DNA of 64,000 nucleotides, taken from assembly GCA_963820825.1 (NCBI GenBank), contig CAWGBN010000007.1:224001-288000 (forward strand), in the 5' to 3' direction. Both the position numbers and the translations under genes were made by a program. Origin of the DNA: Vulcanimicrobiota bacterium (GTDB lineage: Bacteria > Vulcanimicrobiota > Vulcanimicrobiia > Vulcanimicrobiales > Vulcanimicrobiaceae). Shown piece after piece: positions 9,109 to 18,724 of the stretch. Below the pieces are notes generated by a model. That model worked only from the letters and a program-made list of their open reading frames with translations, searched no databases and was not told the origin of the DNA. The first letter of the stretch is position 1, and the number at the start of each line of letters is the position of its first letter.

Positions 9109-10510
9109 CTAAATGAGATCGATCACCGGACGGCCGACGGGCTCTCCTGCCTGCGAAAACCGCGCCGCGCGCGCGACGACCCTACCGGTGCATCCCCACA
9201 CGTGCGCGCTCTCGATCGCAACGTCGAGCCACGGCGTATTGACGGCGGGATACTCCGGCGGCTTCGGCGCGACGACGGTCACGTTGTCGGGCGTCTTGGC
9301 GGCCAGACGCGTTGCGTCTTTCTTCGATTCACCGGCGATTAGCGCGCGGACGACGCGGCCTTCCATCCGGTCATGGTAGCGCCGCGTGACAAGATTCTGC
9401 GCGTCGGCCAGCCGCGCGAATCGCGCGGCTGTAACGTCTTGAGGTACCTGCTCCCAGCGAGCGGCCGGGGTTCCGCGCCGAATCGAATAGATAAAGGTAA
9501 ACGCGTTGGCAAAGACGCCGGTCTCGACGTATGCGAGCGTCGCGTCGAAATCGTCTTCGGTCTCGCCGGGAAAGCCGACGATGAGGTCGGTCGTGATCGC
9601 GGCGTGAGGAAAGCGCGAGCGGATCGACCCGACGAGCCGGTCGAACTGCGCGAGCGTGTACTTGCGGTTCATTCGCCGCAGCACGGCATCGCTGGCCGAC
9701 TGCAACGGAAGATGAATCCGCGGATTGAGCTGCGGCAGCGCGGCGAGATCGTCGAGGATCTTCTCGGTGAAATCTTTGGGATGCGGCGAGATGAAGGTGA
9801 GCCGCTCCAAGCCGGGCGAGCTGGGTGACGGCCCGGCAGAGATCGCCGAAGTCTGCCCCGCTCGCGGGATCGCGCCACGCGTTGACGGTCTGCCCGACGA
9901 GCATGATCTCGCGCGCACCGAGCTCGATTCGCTCGCGCGCTTCGGCCAAGATCGTATCCTGCGGCCGGTGATCGAACCGACCGCGCACGTGCGGAACGAT
10001 ACAGAACGTACAATAGTACGAGCAACCTCGCTGGACCGTCACGAACGCGCGCAAGTGCGAGAACGCATCGGTGACGCCATCGGCCGTGCCGCCGAGAGCG
10101 AAACGCACGATATCGTCCTTCTTGCGATCCTGCGGCGCGCCCGGGAGCATCTCGCGGGTCGCCCAGGCGGCGAGCTGATCGCCCAGCTGCACCAGCTCGC
10201 GCGTTCCGAAGACCGCGTCGACGTGCGGCGCGCGCCGGCGCATCGTCTCGTGGTCTTGCTCGGCGAGACACCCCGTGACCACCAGACGCACGCTCGGGTC
10301 GCTCAACTTGAGCGCCTTGAAGTGATTCATGCGCCCGTAAGCGCGGCGCTCGGCGTTGTCGCGTACCGTGCAGGTATTGAGGACAACAACGTTCGCCTCT
10401 TCCGGCGAGGAAGCCACGTCGTACCCGGCCGAGCTCGCGCGCTCGGCAATGTAGCGTGAATCGGCTTCGTTCATCTGACAGCCGAACGTCTCGATGTAGA
10501 GGCTGGGCAT
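9109..10510 (-). CDS. miaB: tRNA methylthiotransferase MiaB (one apparent +1 frameshift near 9818)
   Basis: ETFGCQMNEADS, NTCTVR, CSYYCTFC in one frame; FISPHPKDF, HLPLQS, TDLIVGFPGET and TRAM region in the next frame; next to mutS. Confidence 0.88.
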
Positions 10511-10542
10511 GCTCGGAGAGCGCTGTTCGAGAACAGGGGGGC

Positions 10543-11906
10543 ATGCTCCACCCGGCGACGGTCGCAATCGTCGGACGGCCGAACGTCGGCAAAAGCGCCC
10601 TCTTCAACCGCTTGATCGGCCGACGGCTCGCAATCGTCGAGGATACGCCCGGCGTTACCCGCGACCGGCTCTACGCGCTCTGCGATTGGCGCGGCTCGAT
10701 CTTCAGCATGGTCGACACCGCCGGCATCGATCCCGATGCCGATATGGCCCACGGCGCCGAGCTGGCCGAAGCGACGCGCCGCCAAGCCGAAGCCGCCGCC
10801 GACGAATCCGACGTGATCGTGTTCGTGGTCGACGCGCAGACCGGGCTTCATCCCCTCGACGACGACGTCGCAGCGATCTTGCGCCGAAAGCGCCGCCCGA
10901 TCGTCTTGGTCGCGAACAAAGCCGAGGCGCCCGACGCCGCGGCGGCCGTCCACGCCGAGTTCTCCCGGCTCGGTTTCGGCGAGCCGGTCGCCGTCTCGGC
11001 GATCCACGGTGAGGGGACCGGCGACTTGCTCGACCGCATCGTCGCACTCTTGCCGCCGGAATCGGCGCCTTCCGAGGCGGGAGGCGAGCTCGCGCTGGCC
11101 GTGATCGGCCGGCCGAACGTCGGCAAGAGCTCGCTGCTCAACGCGCTGCTCGGCGAGGAGCGCGCACTCGTATCGGCGAGCCCCGGAACGACGCGCGATA
11201 CGGTCGACACGCTCTTTCGCTGGCACGATCGTACGCTGCGGCTGATCGACACCGCCGGATTGCGCAAGAAACCCGAAGCGCACGGCGCGATCGAATACTA
11301 TGCGGCGCTTCGCTCGCTCTCGGCGATCGCGCGCTGCGACATCGCGCTGCTCGTCTTCGACTCGATGACCGGCGTCATGATGCAAGACCGGCGACTCGCC
11401 GGCATCGCGATCGAAGAACGTAAGGGCCTGATCATCGTCGGCAACAAGTGGGATCTGGTTCGCGAGCAGACCGGCGACTTCAGCCAAGACGAGCTGGCGC
11501 AGGCCATTCGCGAGCACGATTCCATTCGCCGCGTTCGCGCCGATCACGTTTCTCTCGGCAAAGACGCAGCGCCGATTGGGAAGTCTTGATGCCGATCGTA
11601 ACGCGCGTCGCCGAGAATCTCGACCGGCGCGTTCCCACTCCGCAGCTCAACGAGATCGTGCGCGACGCGGTACTCGCCCATCCGCCGCCGGCGTGAGCGG
11701 AAGCGCGTCTTCAGCATCTACTACGCCTCGCAGCCGGCGACGCACCCGCCGATCTTCGTCTTCTCACTGCAACGATCCCGATCTCGTGCAGCCGCACTAC
11801 AAGCGCTTTCTCGAACACACGATTCGGCAGCATTTCGATTTCGAAGGCGTTCCGCTGACGCTGCGAGTTTCGGGGACGCCGCCGAGAGGACGAGGAGCAC
11901 GCGTGA
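10543..11906 (+). CDS. der: Ribosome biogenesis GTPase Der/EngA (several apparent frameshifts 11515-11865)
   Basis: Two GRPNVGKS/DTAG/NK G-domains; C-terminal KH-like segments (IPFAAFAPITFLSA, IYYASQ..HPPIFV, HCNDP..YKRFLE..IRQHFDFEGVP) are scattered over frames; reconstructed stop TGA at 11904-11906. Confidence 0.88.
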
Positions 11907-12520
11907 GTGAGACCGGGTTCGCGATCCCGATCGTTTCGTTCGCCGGTGCGTTCTTGATCGGCTCGATTCCATTCGGATACGTCATCGGCCGTTTCTTCTA
12001 CCGTACGGATATTCGCCGTCAAGGCTCGGGAAATATCGGCGCGATGAACGCGCTGCGAACGCTCGGCAAAGGCGGCGCCGTTGCAGTGCTGCTGCTCGAT
12101 GCGCTCAAAGGCTTTGCGCCGACGCTCTGGTCGCTCTTCTTCTTTAACGATCGTTCCATCGCGGCGATCGTCGCCGCCGGAGCCGTGCTCGGACACTGCT
12201 TCTCCCCGTGGTTGCGCTGGCGCGGAGGAAAGGGCGTTGCGACGTCGTTCGGGGCGGTCTTTGCCTTCAGCTGGCCGGCGGGGCTGGTCGCGGTGGCGGG
12301 ATGGATTGGAGGAGCGTTGCTGACGCGCTATTCGTCGGTGGGATCGATCCTCGGAAGCGTGCTCGCGCCCTTTGCGATTTGGTTCTTGACCCGATCGCTC
12401 CCCGAAACGGCCTATGGTGTCTTTGCAGCGCTCTTGATCATTTTCACCCATCGCGAGAATATCGCGCGCCTGCGCGGCGGCACGGAGAATCCAATTCGCC
12501 TCACCGGACGCCGCGCCTAA
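11903..12520 (+). CDS. plsY: Glycerol-3-phosphate acyltransferase PlsY
   Basis: GSIPFG, GSGNIGAMN, LLDALKG, GHCFS, GGKGVAT, HRENIARL; GTG at 11903 with GAGGAG RBS; follows der. Confidence 0.93.
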   Translation: MSETGFAIPIVSFAGAFLIGSIPFGYVIGRFFYRTDIRRQGSGNIGAMNALRTLGKGGAVAVLLLDALKGFAPTLWSLFFFNDRSIAAIVAAGAVLGHCFSPWLRWRGGKGVATSFGAVFAFSWPAGLVAVAGWIGGALLTRYSSVGSILGSVLAPFAIWFLTRSLPETAYGVFAALLIIFTHRENIARLRGGTENPIRLTGRRA

Positions 12521-12577
12521 CCGGGGCGTACCGAGCGCCAGGGCTTCGCGCGCTTCGAACCGTACTACCGGCAGCGC

Positions 12578-13138
12578 ATGATCTCCTCAAACGACCTTCG
12601 TAACGGCGTGACCATCGTCGTCGACGGCCAGCTCTGGACCGTCATCGAGTTTCTACACGTCAAACCGGGCAAAGGCTCGGCCTTCGTCCGCACGCGGCTC
12701 AAGAACGTCAAGACCGGCACGACGCTCGAGCGAACCTTTCGCGCCGGCGAGAAGCTCGAACGGGCCACCGTCGACAACCGGCAGATGCAGATGCTCTACA
12801 ACGACGCCGACGGCTATCATTTCATGGATCAGGAGTCGTTCGAGAACGTAACGCTGCAGCGCGATCTCATCGGCGACCCGGCCGACTTTCTCAAAGACGG
12901 CATGGTCGTCGACATGCAGTTCCACGACGGCGCCGCGATCGGCGTCGACCTTCCCGCCCACGTGGAATTGAAGATCGTCGAAACGGATCCCGGTTTCCGC
13001 GGCGATACGGCGACGAACACCACCAAGCCCGCGAAGCTCGAAACGGGCGCGACCGTCCAGGTTCCGCTCTTCGTCGAAAGCGGCGACGTCATCCGCATCG
13101 ACACGCGCGACCGGCGCTACATCGGCCGCTCCGGCTAG
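12578..13138 (+). CDS. efp: Translation elongation factor P
   Basis: HVKPGKGSAFVR, PGFRGDT, KPAKLETG and VPLFV motifs. Confidence 0.97.
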   Translation: MISSNDLRNGVTIVVDGQLWTVIEFLHVKPGKGSAFVRTRLKNVKTGTTLERTFRAGEKLERATVDNRQMQMLYNDADGYHFMDQESFENVTLQRDLIGDPADFLKDGMVVDMQFHDGAAIGVDLPAHVELKIVETDPGFRGDTATNTTKPAKLETGATVQVPLFVESGDVIRIDTRDRRYIGRSG

Positions 13139-13153
13139 TCGTTCGGGCGCTCC

Positions 13154-13924
13154 GTGCGCTTCGCACTCGAGCTCTTCGGCGCCGCTTTTATCGCGAGCGT
13201 CTTCGGCTCGATGGTCGGACTCGGCGGCGGCTTTATCCTGGTACCGATCCTTCGCATCTTTCTTGGGTTCTCGCCCGCGAATGCGGCGGGAACCTCGCTC
13301 GTCCTCATCGTCGCCAATAGCGCGAGCGGCGCCTTTACCTACCTGCTTCACCGGCGCGTCCATCTGAAGATCGGGATTCTCATCGCGATCGGCGGCATAC
13401 CGAGCAGCATTCTCGGCGCGATCGTATCGCTGCACATTCCCGTTCGCATCTTCGACATTCTCTTGGCAGTGGTGCTGATCGCGATCGCCGTCGACATGGC
13501 CTGGAATGCCGAGAAGCGCATTGCCGGACGCCCCGAAGGGCGCGAGATCCGCGAACTCAAGGGTATGTCGTATCGCGGCGCGCTGGCGCTCGGCTTCGTG
13601 GTCGGGATATTCTTGAGTCTCTTCGGTTTGGGCGGCGGCATCGTGCTCGTGCCGTCCTTCCTCTACTTTTCGGAACTACCGGCACACGCGATCAGCGCCA
13701 CCTCGCACTTTGCGATTCTACTCACGTCGCCGCCGGGACTCATCACTCACATCCTGCAGCACGACGTGGTCGGGAAAGACGTGGTGCCGCTCGTCGCGGG
13801 CGGATTGCTCGGCGGACCGATCGGCGCGCGCCTCTCGCTGCGCTTACGCTCGCCGCAACTCCTGATCGTCGTGGCGATCGCGCTCGTCACCGCCGCGATC
13901 ACGCTGGTCTGGCGGCAGTTGTAG
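13154..13924 (+). CDS. TSUP (TauE/SafE) family membrane transporter
   Basis: Duplicated GLGGG motifs with AAGTSL / AISATS; about 8 TM helices. Confidence 0.88.
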   Translation: MRFALELFGAAFIASVFGSMVGLGGGFILVPILRIFLGFSPANAAGTSLVLIVANSASGAFTYLLHRRVHLKIGILIAIGGIPSSILGAIVSLHIPVRIFDILLAVVLIAIAVDMAWNAEKRIAGRPEGREIRELKGMSYRGALALGFVVGIFLSLFGLGGGIVLVPSFLYFSELPAHAISATSHFAILLTSPPGLITHILQHDVVGKDVVPLVAGGLLGGPIGARLSLRLRSPQLLIVVAIALVTAAITLVWRQL

Positions 13925-15352
13925 CTAGCCGCTCGGGCGCGTCATCTTCGCCGGCACGACGATGCGCTCGTACTCTTCTTCGGTCACGTGACCCAAGCCC
14001 AAGGCGGCCTGCTTGAGCGTCGTCTTCTCGTGATGGGCCTTCTTGGCGATCTCGGCGGCTTTGTCGTAGCCGATCTTCGGCGAGAGCGCGGTGACCACCA
14101 TCAGCGATTCGTCGAGATACTTGCGAATCTGCTCCTCGTTCGCTTCGAGTCCCTCGACGGCGTGCTCGCGGAACATCGTGCAGGCGTCGCGCAGCAGATT
14201 CGTCGAGTGCAGAAAGTTGTAGACGATGACCGGGTTGAAGACATTGAGCTCGAAGTTCCCCTGCGAGGCGCCGAAACTGATCGCCAGGTCGTTGCCGAAG
14301 ACTTGCACGCAGACCATCGTCATCGCCTCGGACTGCGTCGGATTCACTTTGCCCGGCATGATCGAGCTCCCCGGCTCGTTCTCCGGCAGAATGAGCTCGC
14401 CGATCCCGGCTCGCGGGCCCGAGGCGAGCCAGCGGATATCGTTGGCGATCTTCATCAATGCCGCGGCGAGCATCTTGAGCGCGCCCGAGGCAAAGACGAA
14501 ATCGTCGTGCGAGGCGAGCGCCGTAAACTTATTTGGATGCGAGCGAAACGGGAGTCCGGTGAGCTCCGCGATCTTGGCCGCGGTGCGCTCGCCGAACTCG
14601 GGGTGCGCGTTGAGCCCTGTTCCGACCGCGGTGCCGCCGATCGCGAGATCGTAGAGCGGATCGAGCGCCTCTCCGCAGGCCTTCATCGCGCGGTCGAGTT
14701 GGGTAACGTATCCGGAGAACTCTTGCTCGAGCGTGATCGGCGTCGCGTCTTGCAGGTGCGTGCGCCCCACCTTCACAACGTGCGCCCAGCCCTTTGCCTT
14801 TGCGGCGAGCGCGTCGCGCAACGCCTTCACCGCCGGCAGCATCCCGGCCATTGCCTGCGCTCCGGCGACGTGCATCGCGGTCGGGAACGTATCGTTCGAC
14901 GACTGCGACATGTTGACGTGATCGTTTGGATGGACCGGCTTCTTCGAGCCCAGCTCGCCGCCGGCGATCTCGATCGCGCGGTTCGAGATCACCTCGTTGA
15001 CGTTCATGTTCGTCTGCGTTCCCGAGCCGGTCTGCCAGACGCGCAGCGGAAAGTGAGCGTCGAGCCGTCCTTCGGCGACTTCATCGGCAGCGCGAACGAT
15101 CAGGCCCATCTTCTCGGCATCGAGTTTGCCGAGATCGTGATTGACCAGCGCGGCGGCCTTTTTCAATACCGCCATCGCTTTGACGACCTGACGCGGCATG
15201 ACGTCGCGCGGCCACACACCGTCGCCGATGTCGAAGTGCACCAGCGAGCGCGCCGTCTGCGCGCCGTAATACTTGTCGGCGGGAACGTCTATTCGCCCCA
15301 TGGAGTCGCTCTCGGAGCGCGTCATGGAAGCCGCTTTGGTCGTCATCGTCAT
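13925..15352 (-). CDS. fumC: Class II fumarate hydratase
   Basis: [35 protein letters not shown] and [11 protein letters not shown] signature; start trimmed to ATG 15352. Confidence 0.96.
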   Translation of the reverse strand: MTMTTKAASMTRSESDSMGRIDVPADKYYGAQTARSLVHFDIGDGVWPRDVMPRQVVKAMAVLKKAAALVNHDLGKLDAEKMGLIVRAADEVAEGRLDAHFPLRVWQTGSGTQTNMNVNEVISNRAIEIAGGELGSKKPVHPNDHVNMSQSSNDTFPTAMHVAGAQAMAGMLPAVKALRDALAAKAKGWAHVVKVGRTHLQDATPITLEQEFSGYVTQLDRAMKACGEALDPLYDLAIGGTAVGTGLNAHPEFGERTAAKIAELTGLPFRSHPNKFTALASHDDFVFASGALKMLAAALMKIANDIRWLASGPRAGIGELILPENEPGSSIMPGKVNPTQSEAMTMVCVQVFGNDLAISFGASQGNFELNVFNPVIVYNFLHSTNLLRDACTMFREHAVEGLEANEEQIRKYLDESLMVVTALSPKIGYDKAAEIAKKAHHEKTTLKQAALGLGHVTEEEYERIVVPAKMTRPSG

Positions 15353-15365
15353 GCCGCTCCGTTCG

Positions 15366-15959
15366 TCATCGCTCGCGGCCTCTCCGCGCGGCACGCGCGC
15401 CGTCGAGGGAGTTGCCCGCAGCGCGCATCTCCACGATCTCGTAGATCGTGAGCGGATATCGCTCGTCAAAGCGACGTTTGTTGCAGTGCGGACAGCTCGC
15501 CGGCCGGCGCGGCACGCTGCGGCGCAGCACTTCGAAGCTGCAGCGCTCGCAGCGCAGGATGAACCGCTTGCTCGATTCCCTCAGCGGGCCGACATTTCCG
15601 AGCTCGTGGTAGATCGAGCTGAGGCCGCATTCGCGCAGCTTGCGCTTGAATCGCGGTCCGTGACCGGTATCGCGGAATTTGGCGTAGCACCAGGCGTGGA
15701 TCATCTCGTGCAGGAGCGTCTCGGTCAGTGCCGCGGGCTGCTGCCGGAAATGCTTCGGCGAGAGCTCGATGATCATCGGATCGCGGCCGTACGTGGTGCG
15801 CCCGGCCGTATTCGAGAAGCGCTCGTTGTAGCAGATCCGGCAATCGGGAACCTCGCCGTTGAAGTGCTCGTAGTTCAACCGAGCAAAGAGCAACTGCAGA
15901 TCGGCCTCACTCGGCAACGCACGCACCACCACGCATGATTTCGTTCGCGGAGCGTCCAA
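15366..15959 (-). CDS. SprT-like zinc metalloprotease with C-terminal zinc ribbon
   Basis: [14 protein letters not shown], then CERC...CPHC; start uncertain. Confidence 0.82.
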   Translation of the reverse strand: MDAPRTKSCVVVRALPSEADLQLLFARLNYEHFNGEVPDCRICYNERFSNTAGRTTYGRDPMIIELSPKHFRQQPAALTETLLHEMIHAWCYAKFRDTGHGPRFKRKLRECGLSSIYHELGNVGPLRESSKRFILRCERCSFEVLRRSVPRRPASCPHCNKRRFDERYPLTIYEIVEMRAAGNSLDGARAARRGRER

Positions 15960-15968
15960 CCGAATCTT

Positions 15969-16388
15969 GTGACCGAAAAAGAGCCGGGCGGTCTGCCGCC
16001 CCGGATCTACCTGCCGATCGTCGCGCTCGTCGCTGCGATCTTTCTCGCTGCGATGGCATATCTCGTGGGCGTCGGCCTCGGAGTCACCGGCTCGGTCTTC
16101 GGCAAAACCGCAAAGCCGGCCGCGAGCGCGGCACTCGAGCAGGGCTCACAGAACCGCGTTGAGGGCGGTCCGCCCGCACCGGTCGTCGCGCAGCTGCAGA
16201 GCTTGCGCGCACGCATCGCCGCCCATCCCAACGACGACGTTGCGCTCACGCAGCTTGGCGACATGTATCTGGCGGCCAATCATTTCGAAGAGGCGATTCC
16301 GCTCTATCGCCGCGCTCTTCGCGCCAATCCGCACAATGTTGCAGCATCAACCGGCCTCGCGCAGGCGCAGGAAGCGCTGCGGCAATGA
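15969..16388 (+). CDS. Membrane-anchored TPR protein
   Basis: N-terminal TM helix, then a TPR (ALTQLGDMYLAANHFEEAIPLYRRAL..NP). Confidence 0.75.
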   Translation: MTEKEPGGLPPRIYLPIVALVAAIFLAAMAYLVGVGLGVTGSVFGKTAKPAASAALEQGSQNRVEGGPPAPVVAQLQSLRARIAAHPNDDVALTQLGDMYLAANHFEEAIPLYRRALRANPHNVAASTGLAQAQEALRQ

Positions 16389-17218
16389 GGCTCTACATCT
16401 CGTGCGACATGGAGGGAACCGCCGGCGTCTGTTCGTGGAAGCAGTGCGACCCGAGCGACGCGCACGAATATCCGATCTTTCGCCGGTACATGACGCGTGA
16501 GGTCGCCGCCGCGGTCGAGGGCGCGCGCGAGGGCGGAGCGCGCGGAGTCTTGATCAACGACTCTCACTGGTCGATGCGCAATCTGCTGCTCGACGAGCTC
16601 CCGCACGACGGCGATCTGCGCGTGATCTCCGGCGCTCCCAAGCCCTGGAGCATGATGCAAGGCCTCGACGCCACGCCGGATGCGGTCTTCTTTACCGGAT
16701 ACCACGCCAAGGCGGGAGGCTGCGCGACGCTCTCGCACACGTTCAGTGAGTCGATTTACACCGTTTCGGTGAACGGGACGTTCTGCAGCGAGGCGTTGCT
16801 CAATGCCGGGCTGGCAGGCAGCTATGGCGTGCCGGTCGTGCTGATCACCGGCGACCATACGATCGTCGAGGAGACGACGCGCGCGATGCCGTGGGCGATC
16901 GGCGTCGCGGTCAAGAACGCGATCGGCTTCTCGGCGGTAAATTCGCTGACGCCACAGGCGGCGTGCGAAGCAATCCAGGCCGGCGCTCGCGAAGCGTTGG
17001 GTCGCATCGAGCGAGCGAAGCCCTTCGTCTTCGACTCGCCGTTCGAGCTGACGATCGAGACGGCCGCGGTCGAACACGCCGACTTCATCGAGCTCCTTCC
17101 CGGCTTCACGCGCATCGGCGGCCGGGCCGTGCGCTTTTCATCGACGCATTACCCGACGCTGCTGCAAGCCTTCATCGCTGCGACGCGCATCGCCGCCGCC
17201 GCCAATCCCATCGCATGA
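16385..17218 (+). CDS. dppA: M55 family D-aminopeptidase (DppA-like), copy 1
   Basis: DMEG, NDSH, GYH, SHT, SE and TGD metal/catalytic motifs. Confidence 0.9.
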   Translation: MRLYISCDMEGTAGVCSWKQCDPSDAHEYPIFRRYMTREVAAAVEGAREGGARGVLINDSHWSMRNLLLDELPHDGDLRVISGAPKPWSMMQGLDATPDAVFFTGYHAKAGGCATLSHTFSESIYTVSVNGTFCSEALLNAGLAGSYGVPVVLITGDHTIVEETTRAMPWAIGVAVKNAIGFSAVNSLTPQAACEAIQAGAREALGRIERAKPFVFDSPFELTIETAAVEHADFIELLPGFTRIGGRAVRFSSTHYPTLLQAFIAATRIAAAANPIA

Positions 17219-18042
17219 CCCGCCTCTACCTTTCCAGCGACATGGAAGGCGTGGCCGGCGTCTGTTCGTGGGAGCAGGTCGATGCGCGCACGCCGCATCC
17301 GGAGTACGCGACCTTCCGCCGGTACTACACGCAAGAGGTCGCGAGCGCGATCGCGGGCGCGCGCGCCGGCGGCGTAAACGACGTGCTGGTCAACGATTCC
17401 CACGGCCCGATGCGAAATCTGCTCTTCGACGAGCTGCCGCCCGACGTACGCGTGATCTTCGGGAACCGCAAGCCGTTTTCGATGGTGCAGGACGCCGACG
17501 GCGGATTCGACGGCGCGTTCTTCGTCGGCTACCACGGCGGGGCGGGCGACGCCGATGCCGTGCTCTGCCACACGTACACGCCCTCGGTGATCTACGAAGT
17601 CCGGATCAATGGTGTTCCCTGCAGCGAAGCGACGATCAATGCGGGTCTCTTGGGCTACCACGGTGTGCCGCTCTTACTCGTCACCGGCGACCGCACGACG
17701 GTCGAAGGCGTGCAGGCACAGATGCCCTGGGTGCGCGGCGTCGTGGTGAAGGATTCGATCGGCAACTTCGCCGCCGCGTCGATGGTGCCGCTGCGAGCGC
17801 AGCAGGCGATTTGCGAGGGCGCTGAAGCCGCGGTGCGCGATGCGAGTGCGGCGAAACTCTATCGCTTCGATCCGCCCATCACGCTCGACGTCCAGCTCGT
17901 GACCGCCGCCCAGGCGCATCTCGTCGCAACGATCCCCGGCTTCGAGCGCACCGGCTCGCGAAGCGTGCGCTTCGTGCACGACTCGTATCCGGTCGTCTTC
18001 AAAGCCTTCGTCGCTACCTGGCGATTGGGCGGTCAGGCGTAA
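17215..18042 (+). CDS. dppA: M55 family D-aminopeptidase (DppA-like), copy 2
   Basis: ATG at 17215 overlaps the previous stop (ATGA); DMEG, NDSHG, GYH, CHT, SE and TGD motifs. Confidence 0.9.
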   Translation: MTRLYLSSDMEGVAGVCSWEQVDARTPHPEYATFRRYYTQEVASAIAGARAGGVNDVLVNDSHGPMRNLLFDELPPDVRVIFGNRKPFSMVQDADGGFDGAFFVGYHGGAGDADAVLCHTYTPSVIYEVRINGVPCSEATINAGLLGYHGVPLLLVTGDRTTVEGVQAQMPWVRGVVVKDSIGNFAAASMVPLRAQQAICEGAEAAVRDASAAKLYRFDPPITLDVQLVTAAQAHLVATIPGFERTGSRSVRFVHDSYPVVFKAFVATWRLGGQA

Positions 18043-18632
18043 TCGGTCCGGGCTGAGGCGTACTCCTCGTCCTCGCTCTGCCATCGGGTGGGCACTTCGA
18101 TTCGCCGCATGCCACGGGGATACGTTCCGTCGGCGTGCGCTGCGTTCCAATCTTGCGAGAGCACGACGAGGTACTCGAAGTTTTCCCAAAGCGAAGAGCC
18201 ATAATGCGCCCGTAAAATGGCGGTTACATCGAGAAGGGCGGTCCATGCATCGATCACCAGCATCGGGTAGATATCGAGGAGAATCCGGCGATCGACGAGG
18301 CCGGTTTTGGCGAGAAGCCCGATGTTCTCGTATGAGTCGCCGACCGCTTCGATGCTCGATATGACCTCGTTGAATTTGGCCGTCCGGTCTTGGCGATGGC
18401 CGAGCTGATATCGAAACTCCGGGTCCTGGATGAGTAACGGCAACTCGGTATAAAGGCAGTGCAACGCCTTGATGAAGTGATCGGTCTGTTGGCTTTCGCG
18501 CAACTCGTTTAAGGCCGCGATCTGATTGCTGCTTCGAGCGTGACGCAGCTGGATCAGCGCCGCAACGGCCGTGGCCGCAATGACGAAAAACGTCCCGAGC
18601 GTAGCAACGGTGTTCAATACTTCAAGAGACAC
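18033..18632 (-). CDS. Hypothetical protein with N-terminal TM helix (DUF4760-like)
   Basis: Hydrophobic N-terminus (TLGTFFVIAATAVAALIQL), YENIGLLAKTGLVD and WENFEYL patterns. Confidence 0.6.
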   Translation of the reverse strand: MSLEVLNTVATLGTFFVIAATAVAALIQLRHARSSNQIAALNELRESQQTDHFIKALHCLYTELPLLIQDPEFRYQLGHRQDRTAKFNEVISSIEAVGDSYENIGLLAKTGLVDRRILLDIYPMLVIDAWTALLDVTAILRAHYGSSLWENFEYLVVLSQDWNAAHADGTYPRGMRRIEVPTRWQSEDEEYASARTDYA

Positions 18633-18724
18633 GTTCGTCCACTCTACACCGGCACTCGTAAAACCGCCTCCCGCGAACTAAGGATGACACGGTTGCGCCT
18701 GCGCGAAGCGCGTGCATGAGCGAG

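Noticed and set aside
9800..9830. Programmed ribosomal frameshift in miaB
   Set aside because: No slippery heptamer or obvious stimulator; the same single-base insertion style recurs in der and an SBP, so sequence error is more likely.
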